Shown piece after piece: positions 34,401-47,071 of a DNA stretch of 64,000 bases. This DNA comes from Takakia lepidozioides (lineage: Eukaryota; Plantae; Bryophyta). The notes below the pieces were generated by a model. The model saw nothing but the letters and a program-made list of their open reading frames with translations. It ran no database searches and had not been told where the DNA came from. Every line of letters begins with the position of its first letter. The stretch's first letter is position 1. Made by a program: the position numbers and the translations under genes. The DNA lies in contig CM060731.1 of NCBI GenBank assembly GCA_030704615.1, positions 43,152,001 through 43,216,000 on the forward strand, in the 5' to 3' direction.

Positions 34401-37400
34401 AAGTCGACGAAAGAAGCAGGCAAAATTGCAGCGTGTGCAGCGAAGTTTGCAAAAGCAACAGCGCACCCAGTCACAATCTAAGGACCAGGGCAGGAATGCT
34501 CCGTTGCAGCATGTGCACGACCCCCAAGTAATACTCACTTCCATGTATGTGTGTCTTACATATCCATGTACTTGTTCTATTCATTCTTTGTGCATAGGGT
34601 TCTTTTTCTAGTACTGATCTGTTTTCCAAAAAATGCTGGTCTCATTTCTTTGTTCAGGCTGACTATTGCCATCCAGAAAGATAACAGAACTAAGTAAGTA
34701 TGTCCTCCGCCGTCTGTTTTGAACCGGACGTTCCACACGGATACCGCGCTTGCTTCCCGGATACGCCTTCGACACCTGATGTGCTACTAGTGAACTTTCA
34801 TGAAGTCAGTGAGGAGTCTTAGAGAGCTAGTGAGTGCTTGTTAAGAAATCATTGAAGTATCCTGTACGGTGTGTTGACTCTCTAAGGTACAAGGTTGCAG
34901 TTATGTGTTCCTTTGTTTTTCTTTTGGTCTTCATATGTTCTTTGAAGGTCTTTTCTTGATCTGTTGCTATGTAATAATTTATAAACTCTTCAGAGCTGCT
35001 ATTTTTTTTTCTTGAATCTAGTCTCCCCGTTCTCTTTTCTTCAGTCTGTACCAAATATTGAATTTATAATTGTGTAGGCATGTCTGCTAGCTGTGATCAT
35101 AGGACTTTCCGGGGGCATCTCCCCATACTTGAGTAATTTTGACATTGTATCTCGGCCAAATGCTATCATTGTGGGAGAAAGCAGCGGTGTGGATGGTATG
35201 GAAATCATTCTTATGCTGACAATCCTAGTCTGGAACTGCATGCAGAGCTTTGCAGAGAAGCTTTTTGCACGTCTCCAGAGTTGTAATGAGCGCTTTGAGG
35301 TATTTCCCTTTCCGTTTGTCGTGTGGTGGGATTGTCACCCCACTCAGGGGCAATTGGATTGTTTGTGTATGATGCTAAATAGCTGCAGTACTAGTGAGTC
35401 TGTTACATGTTTCTCGCAGTCACACCATAGTAATATGAGCTATTCTGGATGGCAGGTAAAATTGATGATGATGTTGGTGAATCACGTGCACCTGTTTCTC
35501 GCAGTCACACCATTGTAACATGAGCTATTCTGGATGGCAGGTAAAATTGATGATGATGTTGGTGATTTCACGTGCAGTGGGCATGCATCGCCTCACGCTT
35601 CTCAATTTGTACCCATTCCTTCAGCGTTACATTCAGGTAAGTGCCTATGGGCAATCAAACTTTCTAGGGTGGTCCAACATGCTCTTAGCTTGTAAGCTTG
35701 ATTTTCCTGTCCTAACCTTCTTCTAGTCTTGCTAGCATCAAATTTGGCCCCAATTAGGTCTGTGATTAAGGAGATCGATATCATTAGCTATGCACAAGCT
35801 TTTTGTCTGGATCAAAGCTGTCGGCAGCACTCCTTCTGTTTGTTTTGCATTCTGTGCATAGGTTGGTAATTACTTCCACTCATCATAAGACTTTGGCCAC
35901 CATTTCAATGCACTGAGCTTATGGGTTGAGTCCCTGGTGCAACTAGTCACTTGTCTCAGCCTTTGCCTCTCTGTACTCTGTCTGTGAACCTTTTTGGAGT
36001 TAGATGTCACAGCAGTGATAAAGTGAGCTTATCCAAAATAGGCATGTATGTCTAGTCATCAATACTGATGCCTTCTTTGGTGTGATGCAGCCTCATCAAC
36101 GGGACGTAACGCAGTTGCTTGCAGCAGCTGTGCAGGCCTGCCATGACCTGGTAGAACCTACTCTTCATGACTTACATTGGTTCTCTTTTGTCTGTTCCCG
36201 TCAAGGGAAGGCACATGCAGTCTTGTTTGGGTCATTGGTTTCGAGACTTATCTCGAAAGCTATTATTCGTAGCATAGCTCTTCTCTGCTTGTGTGTGGTT
36301 TAGAGCTGTATGTCATTGTCCGCTCAACACTAATATTAAGAAGGTTGAGGAAGAGGTTCCATACATGTGTTCTGTCGGCTGGAACGCTGGACAAAATACT
36401 GAGAATCAATGTATTGTTGGCTGAACAGGTACCTCCTGATGCAGTGGAGACCATGATCCGGCAACTGGTGAACCAGTTTGTGCATGATCGTGCCCGCCCT
36501 GAGGTATTCTTGTTTTCATGCAGTACCCTGCATATCAGCAATCTTCAATATTCAAATCTCCACAAGTTCACTAGGAAGTAGCATGGTAGCAACATTGAGA
36601 ATGTCGATGAGATTTCAAGACGACGGAGGTTTGGACAGTGTTATTACTTGGTGTCCACCCAAGAGCCCTGTGTGCACTAGTCCGAAGAATTGCAAGAACT
36701 ATAGTGGTCTTCTTACCTTCTCTTTCACCCTCTTTTGTGTGGCCAAGAGCTATTTCATGTCCGTGTCTGTTTGAGTGTATTCTGCATTACTGTAGCTTCA
36801 AATGTCTTTGGCAGGTGATGGCGGTGGGGCTGAATGTAGTTCGCGAGATTTGCATGCGCATTCCGCTGGTGTGTACCCATTCGTTCTTTGTTTTGCTGTG
36901 CTTGGATCGTGTTGTCAGATTCTTGGAAGGAGGTGGTGGGGTATATAAGAGAAGCGGGAGAACATTGAGGGCTAAGAAGAAAGAAGTAGGTGGTCTGGGG
37001 AAAGATGAGAAAGTTTTTTGGCATGCAGATAATGACGAAGGAGCTGCTGACAGATTTGGCACTCTACAAGAAGTCACGTGAAAAGGCAGTGGCAGCAGCT
37101 GCCCGCTCTATCATTTCAGTCTACCGACAGGTCTTCCTCTACTTTCCTCTGATGTGATTGTCTTTCTTTCATTTCATCTCATTTCATTTCCCTGATGGGC
37201 GACTTTTCTTGTAAGTAACAGCAAACCAGAGCTCTTTCTTCAGTTACCATAGTGTTTCTGAAGCCGCCTTTCTCTGTCTGAAGGGCCTACCGACCCTTGG
37301 CACTACACTGAAATTTAAACCCTGGGCAGGGAGCCTGCCTTTGAACAATAAACAGATGTAGAGAGGGAAAGGAGATTGTAATTACCCAATGTGTGGGCAG

Positions 37401-40372
37401 CCTGAAGACATTTTTCCTGCACCTCTGTTCGCCAACTCCGAAAATTCTAGAGGATGTGGAAAACCGGAACTAATTGTTTTTACAAGGTGAGTCCCACTAC
37501 CGGAGTGAGCCCCTCACAGAGGTAGTGTCTGTTCCCTTTTCTTCCGCCCAAACTGGGCGTGGGGTTTATGGCCAAGAAGGCTACAGCAACGTCTTATGGG
37601 TAGATTCTCTCTGTCAAGTCTCATTTCCTCTCTCTTGCAGGAGATACTACTGTCTATATGTAGATTCCGAATCATAACTGGAGGCCTTCAGCTGTAAATA
37701 TCTGAAAGTGCCTTGAAACCCATCTGCTGGAGGCACTTTGTCTTTGGGTGATACTCAATGTATCCTGAAGTAGCTCTTGTTTTTCCTTGTCCAATGGGCC
37801 CTAGTGGCTCTCACAGATGTTTTAAAATTTCTCTGTCTCTCCCTGGTGTCTCTGCTTGACACTTTCCTAAGTAGAAGCTTTGTTTGCATGCTCCATCTTG
37901 ACTGTTTGAATGCATGTCGTGACACTGGGTTATAGCACACCAAGCCAGCTGTGCTGGCTCTGTGTGGTCCTCTATGGACTCTGATGGACATCGCTATTGT
38001 AGTCATGCTCTTGTTCACTGCCTTAGTTGTGCTTAAAAAATGAGCTTGTTCATGATAGCACCATGTTCCTGCAAGTCTCCTTGCAAATTTCCCTGATGTT
38101 TTGGACCAGTTGACCACTATTGCTCAACATGGTTTTTCCCAATGTTGATGGTTTTCTTGGTAATGTTTGAATCACTGTTGCAGGTCTGGCCAGCATTGCT
38201 GGAGAAAAAGGACAGAGGACGTGGTGCTGACTTATCTGCCCGTCCCAAAGCCTTTGGGGAAACTGTTGTGGCCTCAGACGTTCCTGGAGCAGATCTTCTT
38301 CTTGAAGATGATGTTGAGAGTGTTGAGGGCTCGGATGACAATAGTGATGATGGTGAGGATGAGGATGGTGGCAATGCAACAGTTGCTTTGAGTGGCGAGG
38401 ATGAAATGGGCAGTGAATTGGACATCAGTGATTCTGAAGGAGATGATTTCTTGGAAGGTTGGTCTTTTTACTCCAGCTGTTGTGGATGAGTTTTGTAGAT
38501 GGGCTGCTTTCCAAGTAGGTCCAGAATGGCATTGGTTCTCCAGCAATAAGGCCACGGCAAGTATCGTCTAGGAAGTTCACCCCTGAGCAGAGAAAATAGG
38601 CATGCTTAAAAGGAAGATGTTCAACAGTGATACCTGCCCTGCTACCATCTTAGGGCAGTTCTATTGTCAATACTTTGCGAATGAATAGTGTGACCCATGA
38701 TGCAGAGATGGACAATGACTCCGATGAAGGAGATGAAGAGGGGAACGATGAGTCAGACGAAGGGAAGGAGGGTATGCGGAAGCGAAAAGCAGAAAGTAAG
38801 GAGAGAACAGAAAGTGCAAGTGGTGACCATGAGGCACCTTTGGCAGATGGGCCTCGGAAGAAACAAAAGATTGACGAGGCTGTGGAAGGACAAGGCACAC
38901 CTGTTGTGATTTCCGAGCAAAGCCTTCGCAATCTGAAGAAACTTGCGGCTGCTAAAGTGGAGGAGAAACCGAGAACTCAAACAGTGAGCCAAGATGGGGA
39001 TGGGATTTTTTCAAATGAAGACTTTGAGCGCATACGAAGGCTTCAGGTGATGCCTGCTGTTGCACATCCTTGAATTGGACTTTGGTTGGTGTCATTTGAC
39101 TGCTGTCAAGGTGGGCCAGGGACTGCCAAGGATATGTTTGACTTTACCCCATTAGAGCGCACCCTGAAAGGGGGCAGTCGCTGTGAGGTGAAGTGGCTCT
39201 TAGTTTTGGTAGAGTCTTCTCTTTGAGTTTACTGCCTTCTCTGATGTAGGAGATGGAGTTGTTGAGGGGTTAATGGACCAGCCTTTACTAGGGCCATGGG
39301 TGTTAGGTTGGTTTTAGGCTGACAAAATCAAGATCATTGTGGTTGCAGGTGAAACGCGCAACCAGGGCAGCCATGGCAGAGCATGGAATGAGCAAAGCTG
39401 GGAAAAGGCGACATGATGTGGCAGTCAAGCTGGCAAGCAATGAAAGTCTCGGTGAAAAGCCAGTGAATCCTGCCTATTTAGAGGTCAGTGGTTACGTCTA
39501 CCAATCCATCCAGCCAACCTGCGTGCCTTGCAGTACTGACCGGTGTATTCGATGTCACAATACTCAGATTAGTTTTTGTCTGCTAATTTTCTGTCAGTTT
39601 GACAACTACAGGCAAGAATACATAAGAGGAAAGAGAAAGAGGAACGAGTAGCAGCTGCCAGGGCAGGCCGTGAAGATCGCCCTCAATTTGGAGCACGAAC
39701 TGCCATGAAGCAGAAAAAGGTTGGACTTTCTCACCTTCATCGTACTGATGACTACATTCTATCCATCCATCCATATCTCCATGTATGTAGTTTCAGGAAG
39801 AAAGAAGGAAGGAACTGTATAATGTCCACAGGAACCTCACAACTGTAAAACGACGGTGAAACGATGAGTGATTCCGTAACAGAGTCTGTATCATATTCCG
39901 CATGGCATCTCTAATTAGTGGAAAACTTCTCTCAAGGGAGTAGCTGTGCCTAAAAGGGAAAAAGTAACAACCGGGGATTTCATAGTAGAGGGACCGAAAA
40001 AGAAGAAATGCTCCTCAATCTCATTTCAAGGGAGCCTTGTGCAGGATAGAGGCATGTGGTTTGTTGCAGCCATCCCATGTGTGGGTCTTGAAGCAAACAA
40101 GATAGAGCAAAGGAAAGAGAATGGGATATCTAGTGCTGATTGAGCTTTGGTTATATTTTGTGTGCATCACGTGCTACAATTTAGTTTTGATTCTGGAATG
40201 ATGGCGTGACTTTTTGCAGACGGGAGGCACAAGCAACCGACAGAAAGAGAAGACCAAGGGCATGCCATTGGCTGCCAAGCGTGCCAAGGTGGCGAGGTCT
40301 CGAGAACAGAAGAGGGTTAAAGGAAGGGCTGCGAACAAGCAGTTTCGTGGTAAAAAGGCCTGGAAACAATAA
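31441..40372 (+). CDS. SDA1: SDA1 (60S ribosome biogenesis protein), multi-exon
   Basis: LSLQGRMKRDPAGYESEL, ALILLRNRK, LAELHRRKVWVDERTSNAI, HVHDPQ|SFAEKLF, LLNLYPFLQRYIQ|PHQRDVTQLLAAAVQACHDL|VPPDAV, AVGLNVVREICMRIPL, LEKKDRGR, FSNEDFERIR, terminal TGGTSNRQKEK...QFRGKKAWKQ*. Confidence 0.95.
32524..32880 (+). mobile_element. LINE family A fragments in SDA1 intron 2
   Basis: (CT)n, a 40-bp 3' end AATGGCCACAAGGCTACGGCAAACAACGTCTTATG, (CT)n, then a ~270-bp internal piece nearly identical to the reverse complement of ~8460-8725. Confidence 0.9.
35408..35577 (+). repeat. 85-bp tandem duplication spanning an SDA1 intron-exon boundary
   Basis: TGTTTCTCGCAGTCACACCAT...GGATGGCAG|GTAAAATTGATGATGATGTTGGTGA..CACGTGCA occurs twice; AG|GT at 35454-35457 and 35539-35542. 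Confidence 0.92.
37250..37615 (+). mobile_element. Older diverged LINE family A 3' fragment in an SDA1 intron
   Basis: AAGGGCCTACCGACCCTTGGCACTACACTGAAATTTAAAC...GAAGGCTACAGCAACGTCTTATGGGTAGATTCTCTCT matches the family A 3' region, with internal deletions. Confidence 0.8.
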
Positions 40373-42049
40373 CCCCCTGAACCCTACTCCCTCAACAATA
40401 ACAATAACTCCCTCAACCCATTTGAAGCCTACACAGGTATTGAGACAGCATTGCTTGTAAATCTCACACATCTTTCTGACCAGCTAGAGTAAAGCTTCCC
40501 TAGTGATTGGGATGTCAGTGTCTGTTGATAGGGCCATGGTGTTTGCATTCTGAGATTGTCTCGCAGGAGGAGGGTTATAGTTCAGTAGGATCTAACATGA
40601 AAGGGTATGACATGGTTTACTATAAGTCTCAGGAGTGCACTCTTCACAAGACCTATAGCTGCAATCCTTCTGGGAGTATCATAAACCCCTTGTGCTGTAT
40701 GGAGAGAATGCTCAAATGTCCAATGTACCTTTCGATAAAGCTGAAGTTTTCATGTCCAATTTTTTCTCGCAGTGTTGAAGTATCATGTTGAGGCAGTTCA
40801 GGGAATACTCACCCTTATCTTGGGAATGAGGTTCCCTTGGTGGCACATTTGCTAAAACATTATCAACTTAGCTCATATTTCTTTTGTATTTATTAACGGT
40901 TATGGTAAGTGACCTGGAATACAAACTTAGTTATTGTTGTTGTGCCCAAAGAGCAGATATCACAGTGGATGCCTGATGGGCTTTAGGGAGAGACTGCCCA
41001 TTCCAGTGGTGGCCTGCATCACATCATTGTCAGACCAATAAGCCCTTCTGTGTTTCTCCAACCCATAGAGAATCTTTAAATGTATATCTCTAACTTGGTG
41101 CCACACCATAAGCATCAATGCTTGTTGCAAATGTATCTTACAAGTGGTCACTCCAGCATGCAATTACAGGACATCTCATTTACATTGTAGGACCTTTTGC
41201 ACAATGGCCCTTGTTGGGAGATCTCACACTGGTCTTGTGATGGCCTTTAGTACATGGGCTTTTCTCTGCTCGGGGAGAACTACTTTTGACTGGTTCAGAA
41301 GCAGTTGCTGCCTAAGCGGCGTGTCTGATGGCTTTACACTTCATAGCTGGCCCCTCCATCGCCACACCTTTACTCTCCACAGAGGGTGATGGGCCAGTCT
41401 AGATTAGCATTTGCTTTGTCATCAAAGTTCAGGATGTTGACCTTAAGTTCTCATCAAGGACTGAAACTGGTGTGGTCTTGGATGATAAAGGATGATGTTG
41501 GATGTTGGATCCACAAGAACCCAAATGAGCGAGATGAAGTGAAGGAAGCCCACAGCCAGTTAGTTGAGTTATTTAACATTCAATGCTTGATACAATCTAT
41601 TACTGAAGTAAAGCTAATCAATCACTCTTGAGGAGGTACTCTGTGTCTTTACAGATTTGATTAGTGAGTTGGAAAGTCCCTAAGCACGTTCTCCAAGGCA
41701 TTGTCATTTAAGGGCTGGGCTTAACCAGGTTCCTTAATTACTGTGAATTAATCTCTAATGTTATTAAATATTAAATCTGCCGTTATTCTACCGACCATCA
41801 TCATTGTAAAAGAATTAAAACAATTATAATAATATTAAGTAAAATGATAATAATAAGTACCATTACCCTCTAATTAGTGTCGTTAGGGGTTGCATTGTTG
41901 ACCATGCACATTACTAAATATTACTAAACAAAGACCCTGCTCAATGCCAGGAAGTTAAGGAAATTGTTTTGTTTTTAAAATTTAAACTTTTTATTGTTTC
42001 TTTTTAACTTTTTATCCAGGGCCTCTGTCCCAAAAAACAAAAAGAAAGA

Positions 42050-42202
42050 CATATAGTAAACCTGGGATCAATTCAGGGAAAAATTCACCCCACCGCTTAT
42101 AGATGCCATGAAGCCATAGACACCATCCCCAGACAGGAGGATTTGAGCCCCAAACCAATGGAGTTGGCTGAAAGTACACTATCCAACTGAGCTACCAGCT
42201 GC
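42050..42202 (-). mobile_element. tRNA-derived SINE (or tRNA pseudogene)
   Basis: On the - strand: A-box TAGCTCAGTTGG (42183-42194) and B-box-like GGCTCAAATCC (42139-42149) at tRNA spacing. No proper acceptor stem; extra body sequence follows. Confidence 0.65.
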
Positions 42203-43657
42203 TGGTGAATTTGTTACCTACCATACCAACCGGTGTTGGGTGGGTTAATATACTTCTAGGTCTCTTATAGCAGACGGAACTGTGGACATTTTTCATGGGC
42301 GTCCATGCAATGTAATGGGCTCGGCAGATGACATTATTCCCGGTGAGCTGCCTGCCGAGAAAAGTGGTGTATGAAGTAGTATCAACCCATATTGAGAACC
42401 AGAACCGGTCGCGGCGACTGGTCGATGTAGATATTCGTTGCGGGAAAATGGCCGGGTATAGCAGCAATGGTGGCAAGATTGGTTTCCTCTTTTCGGAAAA
42501 AAGAAAGTGTTCATGCAAATTGTGCTGCTGCCAGAAAAAGTCTGCAGATGGGGTTTGCGGTCCTGTGGTAACTGGGAATAAATATGGCCTTGAATTTGGA
42601 ATATGTCGCTAGAAACTCTACTTGCACACACATTCCCAATCCCATTCCTCTTCGGCCTCCAGTTTTATTATGCGGACAACTTTCGATGTCAATCATATGG
42701 ATGTATAAAAATTGCTCATTTAGAAACAACATCAGTATTTCAACCACTTTTTGATTTTTTATGCAAATGAACAGTGTTTCTTTAGTGTACCCCCTTGTAG
42801 AAGACAATGAAAATCCCTTCTTTGGCCAAAAGGGGAGAAAGTAGGCACCAAGGATGAGGAAATGGCATCAGAATAAATCCAGAGATCCTATGCCGGCTGC
42901 CCGAATGTGGCGTCCGGTAACCCAAGCAAAGGTCGGGTTCCGGGGTTCCGGCCTGAATGGCGCAGTAGCTCTACCACAGGGGTACCCTTTGTTTGAACGG
43001 GTTGTTGGTGGATGAGTCCCCCTCTCAAGGAGTTCCCGTGGATGGATTGCATCCATATTTTAGGACAAAGTTCCCAACTGGACAGGAAATCTTGGATTTG
43101 AGAAAAAATCTGAACTTACACAAGAAGGGGGTACAAGTTTGATCATTTATATATGGGTGAACTACAGCAAGGTGCAGGTAAGTAGTGTGTGAACTTTCAT
43201 ATCATTTGGATGTAGAAAGCTGCATGGGAGTTGTCGAGTTGCCCACCAAAAAAGTGTAAGTGTCATGAATCTGCAGCGCCTGCAGTACACTAAGTTACAC
43301 ACACGTCCCTCAACGTCAGTGGTGGCAGAGGGGAGCTGTGGGACTCTGTGGGCAGTTGGAGGGAAGCCAGTTTGTTGTGGGTCTCTGTCGGCCGTTTCCT
43401 TGTCCTTCTCCATATCCGTCACTGTCACGAGCCAATGGGCCTCTTCATTTCACACCTCCCTGGTAATTGTAGATTTAACACTTCACATACATCATTTCTT
43501 CTGCTCCCCTTCATCTTATCCAATTGTCGATGCAAACCCAAAAATAGTAAAACAAATAGATCAGGTTTGGGGTTAGTTTAGTACTAGCCTTTGTTTTTGT
43601 TCAAAATCAGGAACATGTTCCATATGTCCCACACGTTCTATATTTGGGAGGGCGGCC

Positions 43658-43820
43658 AGGACTTCTAAAGTTTGAGAGAGAGAGAGGGGGGAGGTCAGGA
43701 TTTCTAAAGCTTGAGAGAGAGAGAGCCCAAATAAGGCTCCTTGCTAAAGAACTTCTAAAGTTTGAGAGAGAGAGAGAGAGAGAGCGCGCAAACAAGGCTC
43801 CTTGCTGAAGGACTTAAGTT
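43658..43820. repeat. Compound minisatellite with (GA)n tracts
   Basis: Three units of ACTTCTAAAGTTTGAGAGAGAG... and two of AAGGCTCCTTGCT. Confidence 0.75.
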
Positions 43821-45211
43821 ACTGCAGTAATCCATCCCCAAGATTGGCAGCCATGGATGTGCAATGCCACAGAAGAACACTGGTTGGAAAGAAATTCTAC
43901 AACATGCAGCCTTCCAACTACCCACCGAAAGAAAAGAAAAAAAGAGAGAAGAAAAAGTATGACAATCCCAATTCAATGTTTAGAGTTTCCCAGGAAAAAA
44001 GAGAAGAAAAAAGATAAAGAAAGAAGTAGTTAGGCTCCCTCATAGTAGGCCTGGACTGCTGTAATTGAAGAGCAAGGCAACGAAGAGAGAAGGGGGCGGC
44101 AGAGCGGCAGTGTGAGAACACGGAGCGCCCATGCAACGCTGCCTTCAATGCCAGTGGGGCCCCTCATTACGACCTCCTAATCAGGCACTAATGTTTATTA
44201 GCAGGAGCGTGGAGGGCACGCGCTCGCTGGTCGTACTGGCACGGCTGGGACCGTCGATGGGTGAGGAGCGAATATGGGACGGTTCGGATGCAATATACCC
44301 TCCATCCGGCGCTCATGACTAGAAAGCTGACACGTGGTGCTACCGTTTCTATTTGCGAGACCAGAGCGCGTGCTCAGCACACACCCATACTCTTCTCTTT
44401 CTCTCGCACACTCTCGTTCTCTCCGAGAGGGTCTTGGATCTAGTGTGGGTGAGGAGGGAGAGCGGCGTGAGGAGCTGGGAAGCTTGGATTGCATTGGAGA
44501 GAGGGGTTTGTCTCGCTTCGGAAAGAGAAGGAGGTTATCTTCTCTGTGGGTCCCTGTCGGCGGTTCTTTCTTTCTTTCTCGTAGTTGGGTTTTCTTGGCT
44601 CAAACTCCGGTGGCTTTGTGAAAGCTTGCCAGAAGTATTCCTAGTTTCCATCCCGTTGGCAAGAGTCTTTATTTCTGGATCTCGTGCCTGGAAGAAGCTA
44701 GGTTCCGTTTGGGGGTGGTTTTTGCGGGCGATAGGCGGCTCTTGATGTGCTCTCACTTGGTTTCTGTGGTTCTGTTATGTCCCTTGGGTCTACGCGTGTA
44801 ATATTTACGGTTATTTCCTTCGGGGGGGCCTGCGGACGTTTCGTTTCAGTTCCTTCTTTCTCTTTCTTGCATTCCATCACGAGTGTGTATCGGCTACTCT
44901 GAAGAGAATCTAAGGTCAGGTAGTTGGAGATAGGTTTATCAACAGTCCTTTTGTGAAATAGAGACGAGAACTGGTACTGAAAGCTACATCCATCTTACTC
45001 CGTTTCAGTGGGGTAACGCGTGCTCATTTGTTCCGAAGGAAAACTATAGCTAGCAGGTCTGTAGGTTGTCATCCTGAGATTTATTCACCTGTATCTATCT
45101 CCAGAAGATTCTGCCTTGTCTGCTCGCACTCCATTCTATCGACACTGTACCCACAGTAAAAGAGGGTTAGCAATTGCAAGACAAGAAGGCGATCAAGTGC
45201 TGTAAGCCAAA

Positions 45212-47071
45212 ATGGGGCCATCTATTGCAGATCAGAACATTGGGCTCTCCATCGGGAACCCTCCAGCAAGTGCTAATGTTTTGGAGGCAGGACAAGAGCA
45301 GCCTACCAGTGGCGGTGAGCCCACACTGGACCTGGAAGTCCAAGCCAACGTAGACCCAGTGAGTGGCCCCATCAACAAAATGGATGATGCGGCTCTGCAT
45401 CCGGGGGGCCATATGCACTACTCTCACCGATCACCATGGCTGCGAGCGCTAGTTTTGGGTGCCAATGATGGATTGGTCTCGATCGCTTCTCTGATGTTGG
45501 GGGTGGGGGCTGTGAAGGGTGAAGGGAAGAGTATGGTAGTGAGTGGGCTGGCCGGTCTTGTTGCGGGAGCCTGCAGCATGGCCATCGGGGAGTTCGTTTC
45601 AGTTTTCTCCCAACGTGATACTGAGCTTGCGGACCTCGAGAAGGAGCGCCAGGTAAGATCATACATGATCAGTAAGTTGCGTTTTTCCTTAAACAAGAGC
45701 TGCCAAACGGCTACATGGTCGTGCATGTAGTTACCGAAGTCTTGCCTAATGTACTGGTCTGCAGGCGGACATCTGATTTCACTGTCTGTTGTCCTACTGC
45801 GCCCAGTATCCCTCTGGACCCCTGTACCGAAGAGTCTTATTGTTCGCCCTCTACACAGAGGCTCTCCACCTTAGAGAATGTCTCGAAGTTGACTAGTAAT
45901 TTTATGGTTGTGGTGGCTCGTTGGTGGGTCCCCACATTTGTGCCTTGCTTTCCATTTTTCCTTTGTCCCATAAGCTGTTTGGTCTATGGCAGAAATTTGT
46001 CCCATGGGCCCTGCTGGCCGTGGACGTTAGGAAGTTCTTTGTGTTCTTCTCTGTCACACAAGCACTGTTGCTACTATCATGTTCAAGGGTGCTCAGAGAT
46101 GGCCCGTGTGAGGTATCGATGCCTTCATACACTCAAAGGCCGCTTATGTATAATTTTCGCAACCTGTTCCCTGGTTTATGTGTATCCATGGGTTCATCAG
46201 ACTGATACACACAGTGAGGTAGTTCATAGCCGCGTGGGGAAAGTTCCAATTATAACTGAGTGCAAATGCTGCAGGAGCATCTTAAAGGGCCAGAGGCGGA
46301 GGCACGGGAACTTGAAGAACTCACTCAGATTTATGTCGGAAGAGGGCTCAGCTACTTCCTTGCTAAGCAGGTACTAATCCAGCTACATGGCTTTATAATC
46401 GTGACCAGCTCCTTTTGTGGTTTGTACTCTTCACTTTTTCGCTTTGGACCTCGTTTACCCAGTTTTCTGTGAACCAAAACGTGCAATCAGTAGGACGATG
46501 CGGATCGTTCCTCATTCTGATCTTCTCTACCTTGCGTCGACCATTGCAAGTAGTTGAATGTCTAGCGTTGAAATCTAGGGGCTTTCTACATATTCCAGTT
46601 CCAACAGATAGTAGAGAGAGTTGTACTGTCAAAACAAGAAAATTCCCTCAACTATGCAGTGCTTTTCTCGATGCTCTTGTGGGTTCACACAATTGTCGAT
46701 GTAATATTGTCTACCAGGTGGCAGAAGAAATGACCAGGGTAGACGTCTTGAAGGCTCATGCCCGCGATGAGCTGGGCATCGACTTGGATGAGCTCTCAAA
46801 TCCAAGCCAAGCAGCATTGGCCTCGGCCATCGCCTTCGCATCAGGCGGGGCAGTGCCCCTGTTGGCTGGCTCCTTCATACACGTCTACAGATACAGACTG
46901 GCTTCAATTGTGGTGGCATCCTCCATTGCGCTTGGAGTTTTTGGGGCAATAGGAGCACGTCTTGGGGGTGCAAACCAGTTCAAGGCAGGTTTGCGCGTAT
47001 TGGTAGGGGGATTGCTGGCCATGCTCATCACCTTTGGAATTCTTCGCCTTTTTGGCACAACTGGCCTTTGA
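45212..47071 (+). CDS. Vacuolar iron transporter-like (VIT/CCC1/nodulin-21 family), 3 exons
   Basis: YSHRSPWLRALVLGANDGLVSIASLMLGVGAV...AGACSMAIGEFVSVFSQRDTE (45212-45652); EHLKGPEAEARELEELTQIYVGRGLS (~46275-46370); AHARDELGID...NPSQAALASAIAF...RVLVGGLLAMLITFGI (~46718-47071). Confidence 0.93.

Noticed and set aside
31844-39900. Intronic C/D snoRNAs in SDA1
   Set aside because: C-box-like ATGATGA/GTGATGA motifs were seen (for example 31845, 31879) without a suitably placed D box and terminal stem; an Infernal/snoScan run is needed.
41727-41939. hAT-like MITE (CAGGTTCCTT...AAAGACCCTG, AT-rich core)
   Set aside because: The TIR match is short and imperfect and there is no convincing 8-bp TSD.
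42130-42202. Functional tRNA gene
   Set aside because: A and B boxes are present, but there is no pairing acceptor stem or clean anticodon arm; treated as a SINE.
44057-44944. Solo LTR (TG...CA)
   Set aside because: No matching 4-6 bp TSD, PBS or PPT found; boundaries unsupported.
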